The position numbers and the translations under genes were made by a program. DNA of 64,000 nucleotides, taken from the NCBI GenBank assembly GCA_018655525.1, contig JABIJM010000002.1, positions 109,575 through 173,574 of the forward strand, in the 5' to 3' direction. Under the pieces are notes generated by a model that worked only from the letters and a program-made list of their open reading frames with translations, made no database searches and was not told the DNA's origin. The stretch is from Candidatus Woesearchaeota archaeon. Its GTDB lineage: Archaea; Nanobdellota; Nanobdellia; Woesearchaeales; GW2011-AR9. Shown here piece after piece: positions 1 to 10,648 of this stretch. Each line of letters starts with the position of its first letter. Position 1 is the first letter of the stretch.

Positions 1-67
1 CTAATATCCTTATTCTCATATAACCAAACCTTTATAAACATAAATCACTTTTCTAAGGACATAAAAG

Positions 68-2410
68 ATGGTGAACAAAATAGACGTTTTTAGTCGTACT
101 ACTCGCAAAGCTAATTCTAAGAAAGGTCAGGTTACGGTTTTCATCATAATTGGAATCATTTTAGTCTTTGTTACTGCTGGAATTATATTCATAACTCAGT
201 CTGCTTCTGATGCAGGATTAACTGCTTCTGGTGATCCAATCATTGAAGATGCTCCTCAAGAATTCCGTCCATTACAACAATTTATAGAAGGATGTGTACA
301 AGATACAGCTAAGAAAGGATTAATTACGCTTGGTGAACAAGGAGGGTACATCTCTCCAAAAGGAAAGTTCTCAGCATCAGAACCAACTGAATCAGATGGT
401 TTAAATCTTGAACCTTTGAAAGTTCCTTATTGGCATTACAATAGTAAACCTTCTTCAGCATCCACTGTTGTGTTCACATCTAAACAACCTAAATTATATG
501 CAAAAGATGATCCTGATTTTAGTATTGAAGTACAATTAGCTGATTATGTTGAAGCAAATTTAGATTCTTGTTATTCAACATTTGATTCATTTAAATCCCA
601 GGGTTTTCTTATTGAAACAGATAAAATAGATGACGTAACTGTGAAAGTAGCAACAGATACAGTCAATTTTTGGGTGAAACAAGATATCTCTGCAGAGAAA
701 GGGAGCGCTCGTCATGAAATGAATCAATATTTCATTAAAATCCCGTTACGTTTAAAACATTTTTATGAAGTCGCATCTGATTTAACAGAACAAGAATTAA
801 ATCAACAATATTTAGAAAATATTGGATTAAATAATTTGCAAACATATACATTAGCAGACACTTCCAAATTACCTCCTACAAATACTGTGACTTTTGCGGC
901 AGTTAGTACAAATTCATGGAGTACGCCATTAGTGAAAGAAGATATCAAAAATATGTTAACTTCAAATGTTCCATTAATCAGATATCAGAGTAGTGTAGAT
1001 TTTTACAGATTTGAGTTTCCAGAATCTGATAATCAAAAATTAATTCAGAAATCCTATGATAATATGATTCTTCCAATTACAAAAGCAAAAGGTGTAGAAG
1101 TTTCTTTTGATTATTATGGGTGGGAACCTTATTTAGATATCAATGGGGGCGAAGAAACAATTGAACCAGAAAATAACATTATTAAAAGCCCACTTCCCGT
1201 AATCCCCTTTAATTTTAATTTCCAAAGATATCACAACACTTACGATTTATCATATCCCGTTCTGGTTTCAGTTAGAGACCCTAAAGCATTTAGCGGAGAA
1301 GGATATACATTCAATTTTGCTTTAGAATCAAATATTGTAAATAATAGAGCAGCAGTTGCAGATTATATTCAACCTGCAGTTATTCAAAGTCTAAGCCCCT
1401 CAATGGTTTGTGATAAAAATAAAAGGGATACAGAACTAATTAGGACTGTTGTTGTTGACAGTTTTACAAAAGAACCTTTAGATTTAGTAAAAATTGGTTT
1501 TGATGTCCCAAATCAAGAATATTGTGATATAGGTGAAACAAATACGCAAGGAACATTAGATGCAAAATATCCTGCAGTTTATGGTGGAAATATTGATTTG
1601 GTAAAATCAAATTATTTGTCTGGGATTATGCCTGTAAATACGTATAATTATAAAGATCAAGAAGCTATTGTTGGATATGCTGTTGAAGGATTAAATCAGC
1701 CAGTTATTCAATTACATAAATTACATGACGTCAATTTCCGTGTTCAAAAAAAATCTTTTGAAAAATGTGTGACAGACGAAGATGGTGATGAAACATGCTT
1801 TTCACAAGGATTATTCTCAGAAAAATCTGAGAAACAAATCTCTTATGATCCAGAAATGTTAGAGGAAACCCATGGATGGTCCTTTATAGATTTAGCAAAA
1901 AATCTTGAAGATGATGAAACAGCAGCAGTAATCCTAAAACGTGTATCAGGCTTGAATAATAATATTATTGAAGATGATTTTTCCACAGTTGTAAATGTAC
2001 AAGGGAACAACGTTGCAAGATTAAAAATTGTGCCAGGGATTTATGAAGTTACTGCATACCTTACAGATGAATTAGGAATTTATATCCCAGAAAGTGAACG
2101 ATGTACACCTGGTGTCTTAGAAGCAATTGCCTGTGTAGATCTTGATGGATGTTGTGTAATGTTCCCAGATACTGAATTAAAAGAATTTATTGCGGGACGA
2201 GTTTCGTGGAAAACACCAGAAACTTACATTACCATCACGCCAGAACAATTATATACCTCACAAGAAATAATTATTACATTACCTTCATTAAATCTTCAAG
2301 GCGTTCCATTAAACAATAGGATTACTGAAGATTTACAAATCGTAGAAAATGTTGCAAAAGCTTCCGCTACTCCTGAAATTAGGAAAGCTTTAGACATTAT
2401 ATTTAGATAG
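68..2410 (+). CDS. Large surface protein with archaeal class III (type IV pilin-like) signal peptide
   Basis: N-terminus ...SKKG|QVTVFIIIGIILVFVTAGIIF is a basic leader, then G-Q, then about 20 hydrophobic residues. This is typical of substrates of the archaeal prepilin peptidase (PibD/EppA). It is paralogous to the 14998..16332 ORF over the signal and the following FIEGC...GGY region. It is the first gene of a tightly packed plus-strand operon. Confidence 0.55.
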   Translation: MVNKIDVFSRTTRKANSKKGQVTVFIIIGIILVFVTAGIIFITQSASDAGLTASGDPIIEDAPQEFRPLQQFIEGCVQDTAKKGLITLGEQGGYISPKGKFSASEPTESDGLNLEPLKVPYWHYNSKPSSASTVVFTSKQPKLYAKDDPDFSIEVQLADYVEANLDSCYSTFDSFKSQGFLIETDKIDDVTVKVATDTVNFWVKQDISAEKGSARHEMNQYFIKIPLRLKHFYEVASDLTEQELNQQYLENIGLNNLQTYTLADTSKLPPTNTVTFAAVSTNSWSTPLVKEDIKNMLTSNVPLIRYQSSVDFYRFEFPESDNQKLIQKSYDNMILPITKAKGVEVSFDYYGWEPYLDINGGEETIEPENNIIKSPLPVIPFNFNFQRYHNTYDLSYPVLVSVRDPKAFSGEGYTFNFALESNIVNNRAAVADYIQPAVIQSLSPSMVCDKNKRDTELIRTVVVDSFTKEPLDLVKIGFDVPNQEYCDIGETNTQGTLDAKYPAVYGGNIDLVKSNYLSGIMPVNTYNYKDQEAIVGYAVEGLNQPVIQLHKLHDVNFRVQKKSFEKCVTDEDGDETCFSQGLFSEKSEKQISYDPEMLEETHGWSFIDLAKNLEDDETAAVILKRVSGLNNNIIEDDFSTVVNVQGNNVARLKIVPGIYEVTAYLTDELGIYIPESERCTPGVLEAIACVDLDGCCVMFPDTELKEFIAGRVSWKTPETYITITPEQLYTSQEIIITLPSLNLQGVPLNNRITEDLQIVENVAKASATPEIRKALDIIFR

Positions 2411-2414
2411 AATA

Positions 2415-5400
2415 ATGAGTAAACAAAAAAAAGGTGTGTCTGTACTGATGATTTTCCTCATCTTAGTTTTACCAATCTATTCTGCACAAGTTCTTGCAGT
2501 GAATGTACAAATAAATACAAACACCGGATTAGCTGGTGTTGATGGATTCATTGATGCAACCGGAGATACATGGACTGTGCAAGCATTAGTTACAAGTCCA
2601 CCCACAGATGTGCAACCTGAAGATTTAATCTTACAAATTGGCACAAATTCTGCAAAATTCAATTCATGTGGTGATGATACATTAGGAAAATTATGTAAAT
2701 ATGAAAGCCCATTATCTGGTGGTGTGAAAGAAGGGTCACATCCATTCCAAGTAATCTATCAACCAGCAGGAGGCGCAGAATTAGCTTCAGATTCTAGTAT
2801 TATTACATCAGATGGATCTGGACCAACAATTTCAACAGTTAATGCATTTCAACAAGAAGGTGTTGTATTAATGACATTTACAGTTATTGAAGATGTTGAT
2901 GGGTCTGGAATCAAAAAAATAGAAATTTTAAATGCAAAATCAAGTGAAGTATTATTTACGAAAGAAATTCCTGCGAATACAAAAACCTATACATATAATG
3001 CAGAAGACGGAAAAATAGAACTACAAGGTGAAGGGCAACAGTATGTGAAAGTACGTGCAGAAGATAATCTTGGCCATGTATCTGTTTCTAATGTTGTTTC
3101 TTTCTCAGGAGACTTCGTTCCGCCTGTTATTATAGAAGATTCACTTGAATTAGTAGATTTAGGAAAATTTATCGGTCAATTTGAATCAACAACAGATATT
3201 TCTGTAAGTGTTAAAGAAAAAACAATTCCTCTTGTTACCGCATTATCAGAAGAAGCTAAAATTACAACTTCTGCAGAATGTGAAGATGATTTAACCGTTG
3301 TAGATTTATGGCATTGTACGTTTAAGAACGTGAAAGTATTTTCAGAGAGTAATACAGTGTCATTACAAGTGAAAGCCGTAGATTCAGCAGGTAATCAGGA
3401 TATAAAAACAATTACAAAGACATTAAGTAAAGATGCATCCTCACCAACTGTAAAATTCTTAGGAACAACACAAACATATAATGGGAAAAGTTTTATTAAA
3501 TCCGGTGAAAACAAAATTATTTTAATTGCAAGCGATGTTGGTTCCGGTGTAGATTTTAAATCTATTCGTGCTAATCTAAAAGGCATTGGGGGAGATTTAA
3601 GTATATCCCCAGATGCTTGTTATCAAGATGGAAAAGATACGATTTGTGTTTGGGAACAATCTAAAATATTTAGTTCTGATGAAATTATTCGTATTGGATT
3701 ATCACAGTTTAAAGATATTGCAGGAAATGAAGGAGATTTAAAAGAAGTAGAATTGTTTTCTGACATCTCAGAACCCAAAGTTGGAAAAATAGAAATCTAT
3801 GGTGGAGATAAAACATTCTTTCAAAGTAATGATCAATTAAAAATCAAAGTTAAGATTGCCGAAGAAAATGGATTACAAGTTCTTGTAAACCTAAATGATG
3901 TCGTGATGGATGCAGAAACTCTTTACCCTGCAACTGAGATCTCTGAAAAAGGATGGAAATTATTTACAGAAGAACAATGTACACGTCAAGATGGTGAAAC
4001 CGAATGGAATTGTGAATTTGTAACGGACACCATTAAATCAGGACCAGACATATTTAATTTGCAAGTAGCAGTTCATGATACTGCAGGAAATAATGCAGAA
4101 GAATGGGCGAAAAAACCCCTTAATGTAGAATCTGGTGATAAAGGAAATTATAGAATTAAGTTACTTGGATTAGATAGTGAAGCAAATCCAAATTATTGGG
4201 AAAAGTTATCTGCTGTACCTTTAGTAAAATTTGTAGATTTAGATACAACCAAATTAACACGTACCAGAATTCCATTTAATGTTCAATTTAAAAGTAAAAA
4301 AGCAAAAATGTTATCTTTAGATATTGTAGGATGTAAGCCTAAGGGTGAAAGTCCAGCTATCTCTAAAGGAAGTGTTAAGATTACAGAAAAAGGTTCAGGA
4401 GAAGATGTACCTTTGACAGAAAATCCTTCAGAAGAAGCTTCAAGTCTTCAATTAAGCCGTACATTAATAACTGGAAAGAACTTTCCAGGAGGAGATGTAT
4501 CACCAACATCCACAAAATTAATCATGGAATTCCAACCATTTGATGGTCATGAAATGTTTAATATTGGTGAAGAAGATGAATTTACAAAAGCAGAAGTAGA
4601 ATTTACATGTCAATTTAGATTATTCTCACAAGTTGGAAATTCTGCATTAAAAGCAGCAGAGATTCAAGAAATTGATGTAACTGTGCCATTTGCATTTTCT
4701 AAACTAGGTGCAGTTGATGAAAATATTGACAACAAAATACAAGATATCAAAGATGACATATGGTTTAAAATTCCAGATAGATTAGCAGTTGTTAATGACG
4801 TGTTGAAAATTGTAAGATATATTGGTCCGATTGTAAGTGTCTTGAAAAGTCTCAATGTTTTTTTTAACTTAGCCAATGGAAATATGGATGAAGTTAGAAC
4901 TTCCATTCCTGTTTATGGTCCTGCAGCTGCAATTAGTTCCTGTACAGCAACCGAAAATGTAATCCAAAAAGGATTGTGGGAAGGATTTGCAGTTTTTGAT
5001 GTAACTTTACAAGTATTATCATGTAACCCAGGACCTGCACCAACAACATGGTATGGAAAATATCAAAAAAATGTCTTAAATTTTTTTAATGCCTATAAAA
5101 GTCTTGGTATGAAACAAGATACAAGTTTATATGATAATATTTATTTATCATCGGCAGGATTATGTATTCCAGGCGTAATTCACAATTTAGAAAAATGGAG
5201 ACAAATTCAATGCATCCAGATAGATTGTTTACAAAACGTTGTTCCATCAGGAGCAGCAACAGTATCAAGCTGTGAAAAGATAAATGACATCTTAACATGT
5301 AAATATTTTACCGGAGAATTAGTTGGTATGTTTATCCCAATGACCGGATTAACAAAAGGAGTAAAAGATATGATTAAGGCAGCATTAACAAACCCAGTTG

Positions 5401-5606
5401 GTTTAGTCCGTGCAGGATTAACATTAGGTTGTTCGGCAAGTTGCGTTACATCAGGAACCGGCACAGCCTTCTGTGATTATGTTGGAATTGGAGTATTAGC
5501 AGTTGATACCATTGAAAATGTTATTGGATTAGTACAATCATACCCTACCATCAGTCAAGATTACTGCTCAAGAATAGGAGAAACAGGAACTAGTTTCCTC
5601 AGCTAA
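2415..5606 (+). CDS. Large secreted cysteine-rich surface protein (1063 aa)
   Basis: Starts 5 nt after the upstream stop. The N-terminal basic leader plus hydrophobic segment (MSKQKKGVSVLMIFLILVLPIYSAQVLA) is a Sec-type or class III-like signal. Sequence is Thr/Ser/Val-rich and beta-rich. The C-terminal 250 aa are Cys-rich. No catalytic motif recognised. Confidence 0.5.
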   Translation: MSKQKKGVSVLMIFLILVLPIYSAQVLAVNVQINTNTGLAGVDGFIDATGDTWTVQALVTSPPTDVQPEDLILQIGTNSAKFNSCGDDTLGKLCKYESPLSGGVKEGSHPFQVIYQPAGGAELASDSSIITSDGSGPTISTVNAFQQEGVVLMTFTVIEDVDGSGIKKIEILNAKSSEVLFTKEIPANTKTYTYNAEDGKIELQGEGQQYVKVRAEDNLGHVSVSNVVSFSGDFVPPVIIEDSLELVDLGKFIGQFESTTDISVSVKEKTIPLVTALSEEAKITTSAECEDDLTVVDLWHCTFKNVKVFSESNTVSLQVKAVDSAGNQDIKTITKTLSKDASSPTVKFLGTTQTYNGKSFIKSGENKIILIASDVGSGVDFKSIRANLKGIGGDLSISPDACYQDGKDTICVWEQSKIFSSDEIIRIGLSQFKDIAGNEGDLKEVELFSDISEPKVGKIEIYGGDKTFFQSNDQLKIKVKIAEENGLQVLVNLNDVVMDAETLYPATEISEKGWKLFTEEQCTRQDGETEWNCEFVTDTIKSGPDIFNLQVAVHDTAGNNAEEWAKKPLNVESGDKGNYRIKLLGLDSEANPNYWEKLSAVPLVKFVDLDTTKLTRTRIPFNVQFKSKKAKMLSLDIVGCKPKGESPAISKGSVKITEKGSGEDVPLTENPSEEASSLQLSRTLITGKNFPGGDVSPTSTKLIMEFQPFDGHEMFNIGEEDEFTKAEVEFTCQFRLFSQVGNSALKAAEIQEIDVTVPFAFSKLGAVDENIDNKIQDIKDDIWFKIPDRLAVVNDVLKIVRYIGPIVSVLKSLNVFFNLANGNMDEVRTSIPVYGPAAAISSCTATENVIQKGLWEGFAVFDVTLQVLSCNPGPAPTTWYGKYQKNVLNFFNAYKSLGMKQDTSLYDNIYLSSAGLCIPGVIHNLEKWRQIQCIQIDCLQNVVPSGAATVSSCEKINDILTCKYFTGELVGMFIPMTGLTKGVKDMIKAALTNPVGLVRAGLTLGCSASCVTSGTGTAFCDYVGIGVLAVDTIENVIGLVQSYPTISQDYCSRIGETGTSFLS

Positions 5607-5608
5607 AA

Positions 5609-8600
5609 ATGAAAAAACTAACCTTAATAATTGTACTTTTGCTTATGTTATCTAGTGTAGTCTACGCTGCAGAAGAAGTAGAAACAAATAATTGCGATGG
5701 ATTCTGGGGAAGCTTGAAATGCTTCTTAGTTGGGGATGCAGAGAATCGTGCTGGAATGAGTTGGTTTGATAGAAGCGAGAATTTAGTTGGTTTTGCTGGA
5801 GTTGTTCCAGATGGTTGGCAAAATAAACCTGCTGGAATTTATAAAGGTAAAGATGGAAAGTTATATGTTGTTGGTGTTGCTAAAAATAGAGGAATTGTTG
5901 ATCTTGCAAGAAAAGCAGCAATCGACAATGCAAAACAACAAATGGCAGAAGCAACAGGGGAATCTAATTTTAAATCAATAGCTCCAAATCAAAATTTTAA
6001 GGATGACAAGAATAAGTTATATAAAACCCTTATTGTAATTATTCCTGAAACTCCTGGGCAAAAAACTGATGTTCTAGCTTTAATGAAAAAAGTAGGAGAT
6101 AATGGTTATATGCCTACATTAGAAGATGTTCCAGTTTCACCACCGCAACCAACTCAACCTGATCAACCACAAGGTGCAACGTTGAATAAAGATTCCGTTC
6201 AATTAACTCCTAATGATTACAATACGAAGACTCCATTAACCAAAGACCAATATAAAGCTAAATTTCCAGATAATACTCCCGGTGATTATAATACTTATAG
6301 AAACATTTGGCCTTCTGTAAAATTTGAATCACAAGTAAAAAAGAATTATGATGTGAAGGATGTTAAAGTACAATCCTCAACATTAAATGGTGTGACAACA
6401 GGTCAAATAACAATCACAAAAAAAGATGGAACACAAGTTAAAATTCCTTATACTCGTGATTTAGATGATGATGTTGATAAGGGGAAGGATTTAGATCAAG
6501 TTGTGAATAAATATCTCAGTCAAAATTCAAATACTGCGAGTTTACCACCTAAATCATCTACACCTTCACCAATTGTTGTTCCACCTCTAACAAAAACTCC
6601 AACCTCCCAATCTGTATCCGCTCCAATAATTGTTCCTGCTAAAATTAAATCTGAAGTAAAAAATTCAGGAGCTCTTTCACTTTGTCAACCAACATCTCAA
6701 AAAGGATTATGTAGAGTTTCAGCGGGTGAATCTTTTAATATATTATACAAAGATGCTGAAGGAAACTTTAATCCAGTAACAAGCATCAAAGGAAAAGATA
6801 TTACTTATGATAAATCTAAAGGAACAACAGATCATACTAAAGTTACAGGAGCAGTTAATATCCTTGTTGCAAAGAAGGCTGGAGTGACAGGAGTTCCTGC
6901 AACTTCTGCACCGGTTGTTGTATCACCTACAGCACCAGCTGCACCTACCCCCGTTCCTCAAGTAATAAAGGATCTTGAAACTAAATGTAATAATGATGAT
7001 GCGAACGCTTGTTTTAATTTAGGTGTAAAATATGAATTTGGAGTTTCAGGTGTTGATAAAAATATTCCTAAATCCAAACAATTATTTAGAAAATCTTGTT
7101 TATTTGAATCTGGTGGTATAGCTTGTTCTAGTGCATTAGGTGTTGATTATGAGAACAAACCAAGTATCAAAACATATCAAGACAAATGGATCACTCAAAA
7201 ATGCCCTGATGGAGTATGTCCGACAGGAACAACGTGTATTGGAATAATTTCAAGCGGTAAATGTAAATCAAATGGAGAATTGACTGGTGAAACAGTCGCT
7301 GCAATGAAAGCAGATGTACAAACCGCTAACTTTGCTGAACCTGGAGCAGCAACACCAACTCCTTCACCAGTTCCCCCATCTTCAGCAGTACCTACACCTG
7401 CTCCTCAAACTCCAACTCAAATATCACCTGCACAAGTAGAAGCAGCAACACCACAACTAACTGATTCAGCAAAACAGATCTCAATTAAAAGTAATGGAGC
7501 TGGTGGGGCTGATATTTTGAAAAATAATGCTAAAATTACTGCTACACAAGGTGATATTACTGTAAATGGTGTTCGTCTTGATGGAGATAAAATAGTTGTT
7601 GATGCTACTAAAAAAATGTTATGGGGTGCCTATGATGGAACTGGAGACCTTGGAAGTTTTGAAAAGCAACCTGATGGTTCAGTCAAATTTATTCCTGGAG
7701 ATGATTATAATAAACTCGAAGGAGAACAAAGAACAGATTTTGATGAATTTAAGGACATGATGGTAAAAAGTCCGTCTGCTTTTAAGAAAGTTCAGGATAC
7801 AATTAAAAGTGATAGTATAGATGAAACAGTAACTGCACCAGAATTACGAGATGAAGCTAAGAAAGATGTAAAGGCAACTTTAGAAGCTAAGAAAAAAGCT
7901 GCGACTGGCGGTGATCCAACTAAACCTACTTCAGGAGAAAAAGCGAAAAAAATTTCACAAGCAGGTGGTCAAACTCCAGCTCCTACTCACGATAAAGTTA
8001 ATGAAAAACTTTTGAAGGAAGGAAAAGATCTCTATAAAAGGGGAAAAATTAAAGAAGCTGTTAAAAAGTTTGAAGAAGCTTGTGACAAAGGAAATGGCGC
8101 TTCCTGTGCAAATTTAGGTAATTTATATGGTTCTGGTTCCGCTGAAATTCCGAAAGATCAAGTCAAAGCTAATAGTTTATTCAAGAAAGCATGTGATGAT
8201 GGTACTGCTATTGCATGTAATTATTTAGGTGCAAATTATCAAGCCGGTGAAGGTATCACCAAGAACCAAGCTAAAGCTAATGAACTTTTTAAGAAAGGTT
8301 GTGAAAATGGTAACGCAGTTTCATGTAATAATCTCGCACAAAATTATTATCATGGGGATGGAGTTCCATCTGATTATGATAAAGCTAATAATCTTTTTGA
8401 AATTAGTTGTAATACAGGGAATGCAAATGCTTGTGCTTCTTTAGGATACAATTATCAAAAAGGTCTTGGTTATACTGTGAATAAAAATAAAGCTATGGAA
8501 CATTATGCTACATCTTGTAAATTAGGAGGAGATGATTCTTATTGTGCAGCAGCTGTAGGAATTACAGACGCTGATATTACAGGAGTAAAAAAATATAAAT

Positions 8601-10648
8601 CTAGTTGGATTGCAAATCATTGTACAAATGGAAAAAATTGTGATTCGCCTTGCATTGGTACAACAGCAAATGGAGTTTGCACTTCAAATGATGTATTAGA
8701 TCATAAAACAAATGCTGAGATACGAAAAGATGCTGAAGGAAGAGCACCAGCAACTGTTAAAAAGAATAAAAAGGGAGAAGGAGACTTAGGAAATTTAGGA
8801 AAAACTAGTAAAAATAGTCAACTCCCACCAATTACAAGTATTGCAACTGTTGGCATTACAGCTGCAGAAAAATCTAAGTTATTAAATGGTGGATTTAAAC
8901 TTGTAACATCAAGTGCAGGTAAAGTAACTTCTGAACTCAAAGGAGAAAACGGTGATCTCATCACACGTACGTGGGAAACAAATGGTGTGTTAGGAACCAA
9001 ATTCACAGAAAAAAAAGTAGAAAAAGGAAAACCAATCTCGGAAACAACAGAATTTATTGATAAAAATGGAAAAAAGGTTTATACACAAATTACAACAAAA
9101 GATGCAAAAGGAAATGATATCACAAAAGTAAATCATGAAAGTGGTATTTCCTTTAATCCAGATCCTGCAACATGGGATAAGAAAACGGGTTCATGTACAA
9201 AAGGAACTGCCTGTCTAAGAGCAACTTCTGGAGAATTTGCAGGACGTGCGCATTTACAAGCTTCTGAAAATGATTATGATCCCGTTCCATTTACGGTTGA
9301 AGAATTTGGTAAAGGAGATAACATTGAACGAACATTAAGTTATCAAATCATGATTGATGGTAAACTTGTTGAAATCAATGTAGATCAAGAATGTAATAAA
9401 GATTGTGATGCAGGAATAGAATCAGATGAAAGACAAGTAGGATATAAATTATTTACAGCAGATTATACTTCACATTCAACAGATTACACAACAGGAGAAA
9501 GAACTCACTATGAACGAAGCCAAGGATTATTTGGACAAATTCCAAATGGTGTTGGTGTAGGTTGTAATAAAGCTACAAAACAATGTGGTAAAAACTTTTA
9601 CTTTAGTTCTGATAATGATTATGTTTGTACAACACCTAAATGTACAAGTGAAAATGGTGTGGATTTAGATGAACAAGGTGCAGCTTTGGGTTCAGTGGTT
9701 TTAGAGGATGGAAAATTGGCTTCTGAAAAAGAACCAAAATGGCACCAATCAGTTTGTGGTTATGATAAAGCTTGTATTGAAGGTATTCAAGAAACAAACT
9801 CCGATAGATCAACACAACTATTCTTTGCAGGTAAACAAGAATGGCAACAAGCAGGAGCACAGATTCTTAATGGATTTAATGGATGGAGTGGAATCTCAAA
9901 TGCGTTAGTTGGTGATCTTTACGCAAATGAACTTGCATCAGATATTGACAGATGGTTTGCAGGTTCTATACTCTCAGAAGAATATTGGGAATCATCAGTA
10001 TGTTATGAAACGCCTGTAGACACACAGAATGACGGATTTGCATTCATTGAACGTCCGGGTGGAATTACTGGCACAGACTTCGTACCAGTTGCTGCGATTC
10101 AAGCAGAAATGTTTGAAGAGAAAACACCTTTATTATGTATGCATAATTTAGATGAAGAAGCAGAAGATGAATTTGTCTGTCCAAATAATTTATATTGCAA
10201 CCCAGATGACAGTTTCTGTTATGAAAATGAAGATGACGAAACACCAGTTAAAGCATATTTTTATAAAATCAGCTGGGGAGTTACAGCACCTTCAGATTTA
10301 GCATTCACACCATATGGAGATGAATCATCAGCTGTAGAGTTTGATTTAAAATTAGGTGATAAAAGATTAAATGATAAAACAATCAAACTGAAAAATGGTG
10401 AAACTGATAATAATCTGATTACACATTACAGTAATAATGATTATGAAAATGTTCAAGTATGTATCAAGTGGAAAAAAGCACCTATAACATATAGTCGTGG
10501 ATTTGGAAATAGTGGAACAGAACCCGTTAAAGATATTTGCTACACAATCAAAAAAGCAGAAATTGGAAATGTTATATTCACATCTGACACTGCAGCAGAA
10601 TCAGCTTCTGTAAACAATGGAGAAGTTACAATAAGTTCATCATGGTAA
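5609..10648 (+). CDS. Giant secreted protein (1679 aa) with Sel1-like repeat blocks, Cys-knot modules and Pro/Thr-rich linkers
   Basis: Signal peptide MKKLTLIIVLLLMLSSVVYA. Has P/T/Q-rich low-complexity linkers (PPQPTQPDQPQG; AATPTPSPVPPSSAVPTPAPQTPTQ). Two Sel1-like blocks carry paired Cys (xSCxNLGxxY...A/KxxLFKKxCxxG). Each block is followed by a short Cys-rich module (KCPDGVCPTGTTCIG... / HCTNGKNCDSPCIGT...). Starts 3 nt after the upstream ORF. Confidence 0.55.
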   Translation: MKKLTLIIVLLLMLSSVVYAAEEVETNNCDGFWGSLKCFLVGDAENRAGMSWFDRSENLVGFAGVVPDGWQNKPAGIYKGKDGKLYVVGVAKNRGIVDLARKAAIDNAKQQMAEATGESNFKSIAPNQNFKDDKNKLYKTLIVIIPETPGQKTDVLALMKKVGDNGYMPTLEDVPVSPPQPTQPDQPQGATLNKDSVQLTPNDYNTKTPLTKDQYKAKFPDNTPGDYNTYRNIWPSVKFESQVKKNYDVKDVKVQSSTLNGVTTGQITITKKDGTQVKIPYTRDLDDDVDKGKDLDQVVNKYLSQNSNTASLPPKSSTPSPIVVPPLTKTPTSQSVSAPIIVPAKIKSEVKNSGALSLCQPTSQKGLCRVSAGESFNILYKDAEGNFNPVTSIKGKDITYDKSKGTTDHTKVTGAVNILVAKKAGVTGVPATSAPVVVSPTAPAAPTPVPQVIKDLETKCNNDDANACFNLGVKYEFGVSGVDKNIPKSKQLFRKSCLFESGGIACSSALGVDYENKPSIKTYQDKWITQKCPDGVCPTGTTCIGIISSGKCKSNGELTGETVAAMKADVQTANFAEPGAATPTPSPVPPSSAVPTPAPQTPTQISPAQVEAATPQLTDSAKQISIKSNGAGGADILKNNAKITATQGDITVNGVRLDGDKIVVDATKKMLWGAYDGTGDLGSFEKQPDGSVKFIPGDDYNKLEGEQRTDFDEFKDMMVKSPSAFKKVQDTIKSDSIDETVTAPELRDEAKKDVKATLEAKKKAATGGDPTKPTSGEKAKKISQAGGQTPAPTHDKVNEKLLKEGKDLYKRGKIKEAVKKFEEACDKGNGASCANLGNLYGSGSAEIPKDQVKANSLFKKACDDGTAIACNYLGANYQAGEGITKNQAKANELFKKGCENGNAVSCNNLAQNYYHGDGVPSDYDKANNLFEISCNTGNANACASLGYNYQKGLGYTVNKNKAMEHYATSCKLGGDDSYCAAAVGITDADITGVKKYKSSWIANHCTNGKNCDSPCIGTTANGVCTSNDVLDHKTNAEIRKDAEGRAPATVKKNKKGEGDLGNLGKTSKNSQLPPITSIATVGITAAEKSKLLNGGFKLVTSSAGKVTSELKGENGDLITRTWETNGVLGTKFTEKKVEKGKPISETTEFIDKNGKKVYTQITTKDAKGNDITKVNHESGISFNPDPATWDKKTGSCTKGTACLRATSGEFAGRAHLQASENDYDPVPFTVEEFGKGDNIERTLSYQIMIDGKLVEINVDQECNKDCDAGIESDERQVGYKLFTADYTSHSTDYTTGERTHYERSQGLFGQIPNGVGVGCNKATKQCGKNFYFSSDNDYVCTTPKCTSENGVDLDEQGAALGSVVLEDGKLASEKEPKWHQSVCGYDKACIEGIQETNSDRSTQLFFAGKQEWQQAGAQILNGFNGWSGISNALVGDLYANELASDIDRWFAGSILSEEYWESSVCYETPVDTQNDGFAFIERPGGITGTDFVPVAAIQAEMFEEKTPLLCMHNLDEEAEDEFVCPNNLYCNPDDSFCYENEDDETPVKAYFYKISWGVTAPSDLAFTPYGDESSAVEFDLKLGDKRLNDKTIKLKNGETDNNLITHYSNNDYENVQVCIKWKKAPITYSRGFGNSGTEPVKDICYTIKKAEIGNVIFTSDTAAESASVNNGEVTISSSW
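7990..8540 (+). repeat. Four tandem ~36-aa Sel1-like repeats with paired cysteines (coding repeats inside the 1679-aa protein)
   Basis: The four repeat units are GNGASCANLGNLYGSGSAEIPKDQVKANSLFKKACDD, GTAIACNYLGANYQAGEGITKNQAKANELFKKGCEN, GNAVSCNNLAQNYYHGDGVPSDYDKANNLFEISCNT and GNANACASLGYNYQKGLGYTVNKNKAMEHYATSCKL. The periodicity and Cys pairing match the Helicobacter Hcp-type Sel1-like repeat family. A shorter block lies at about 6985-7150. Confidence 0.5.
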
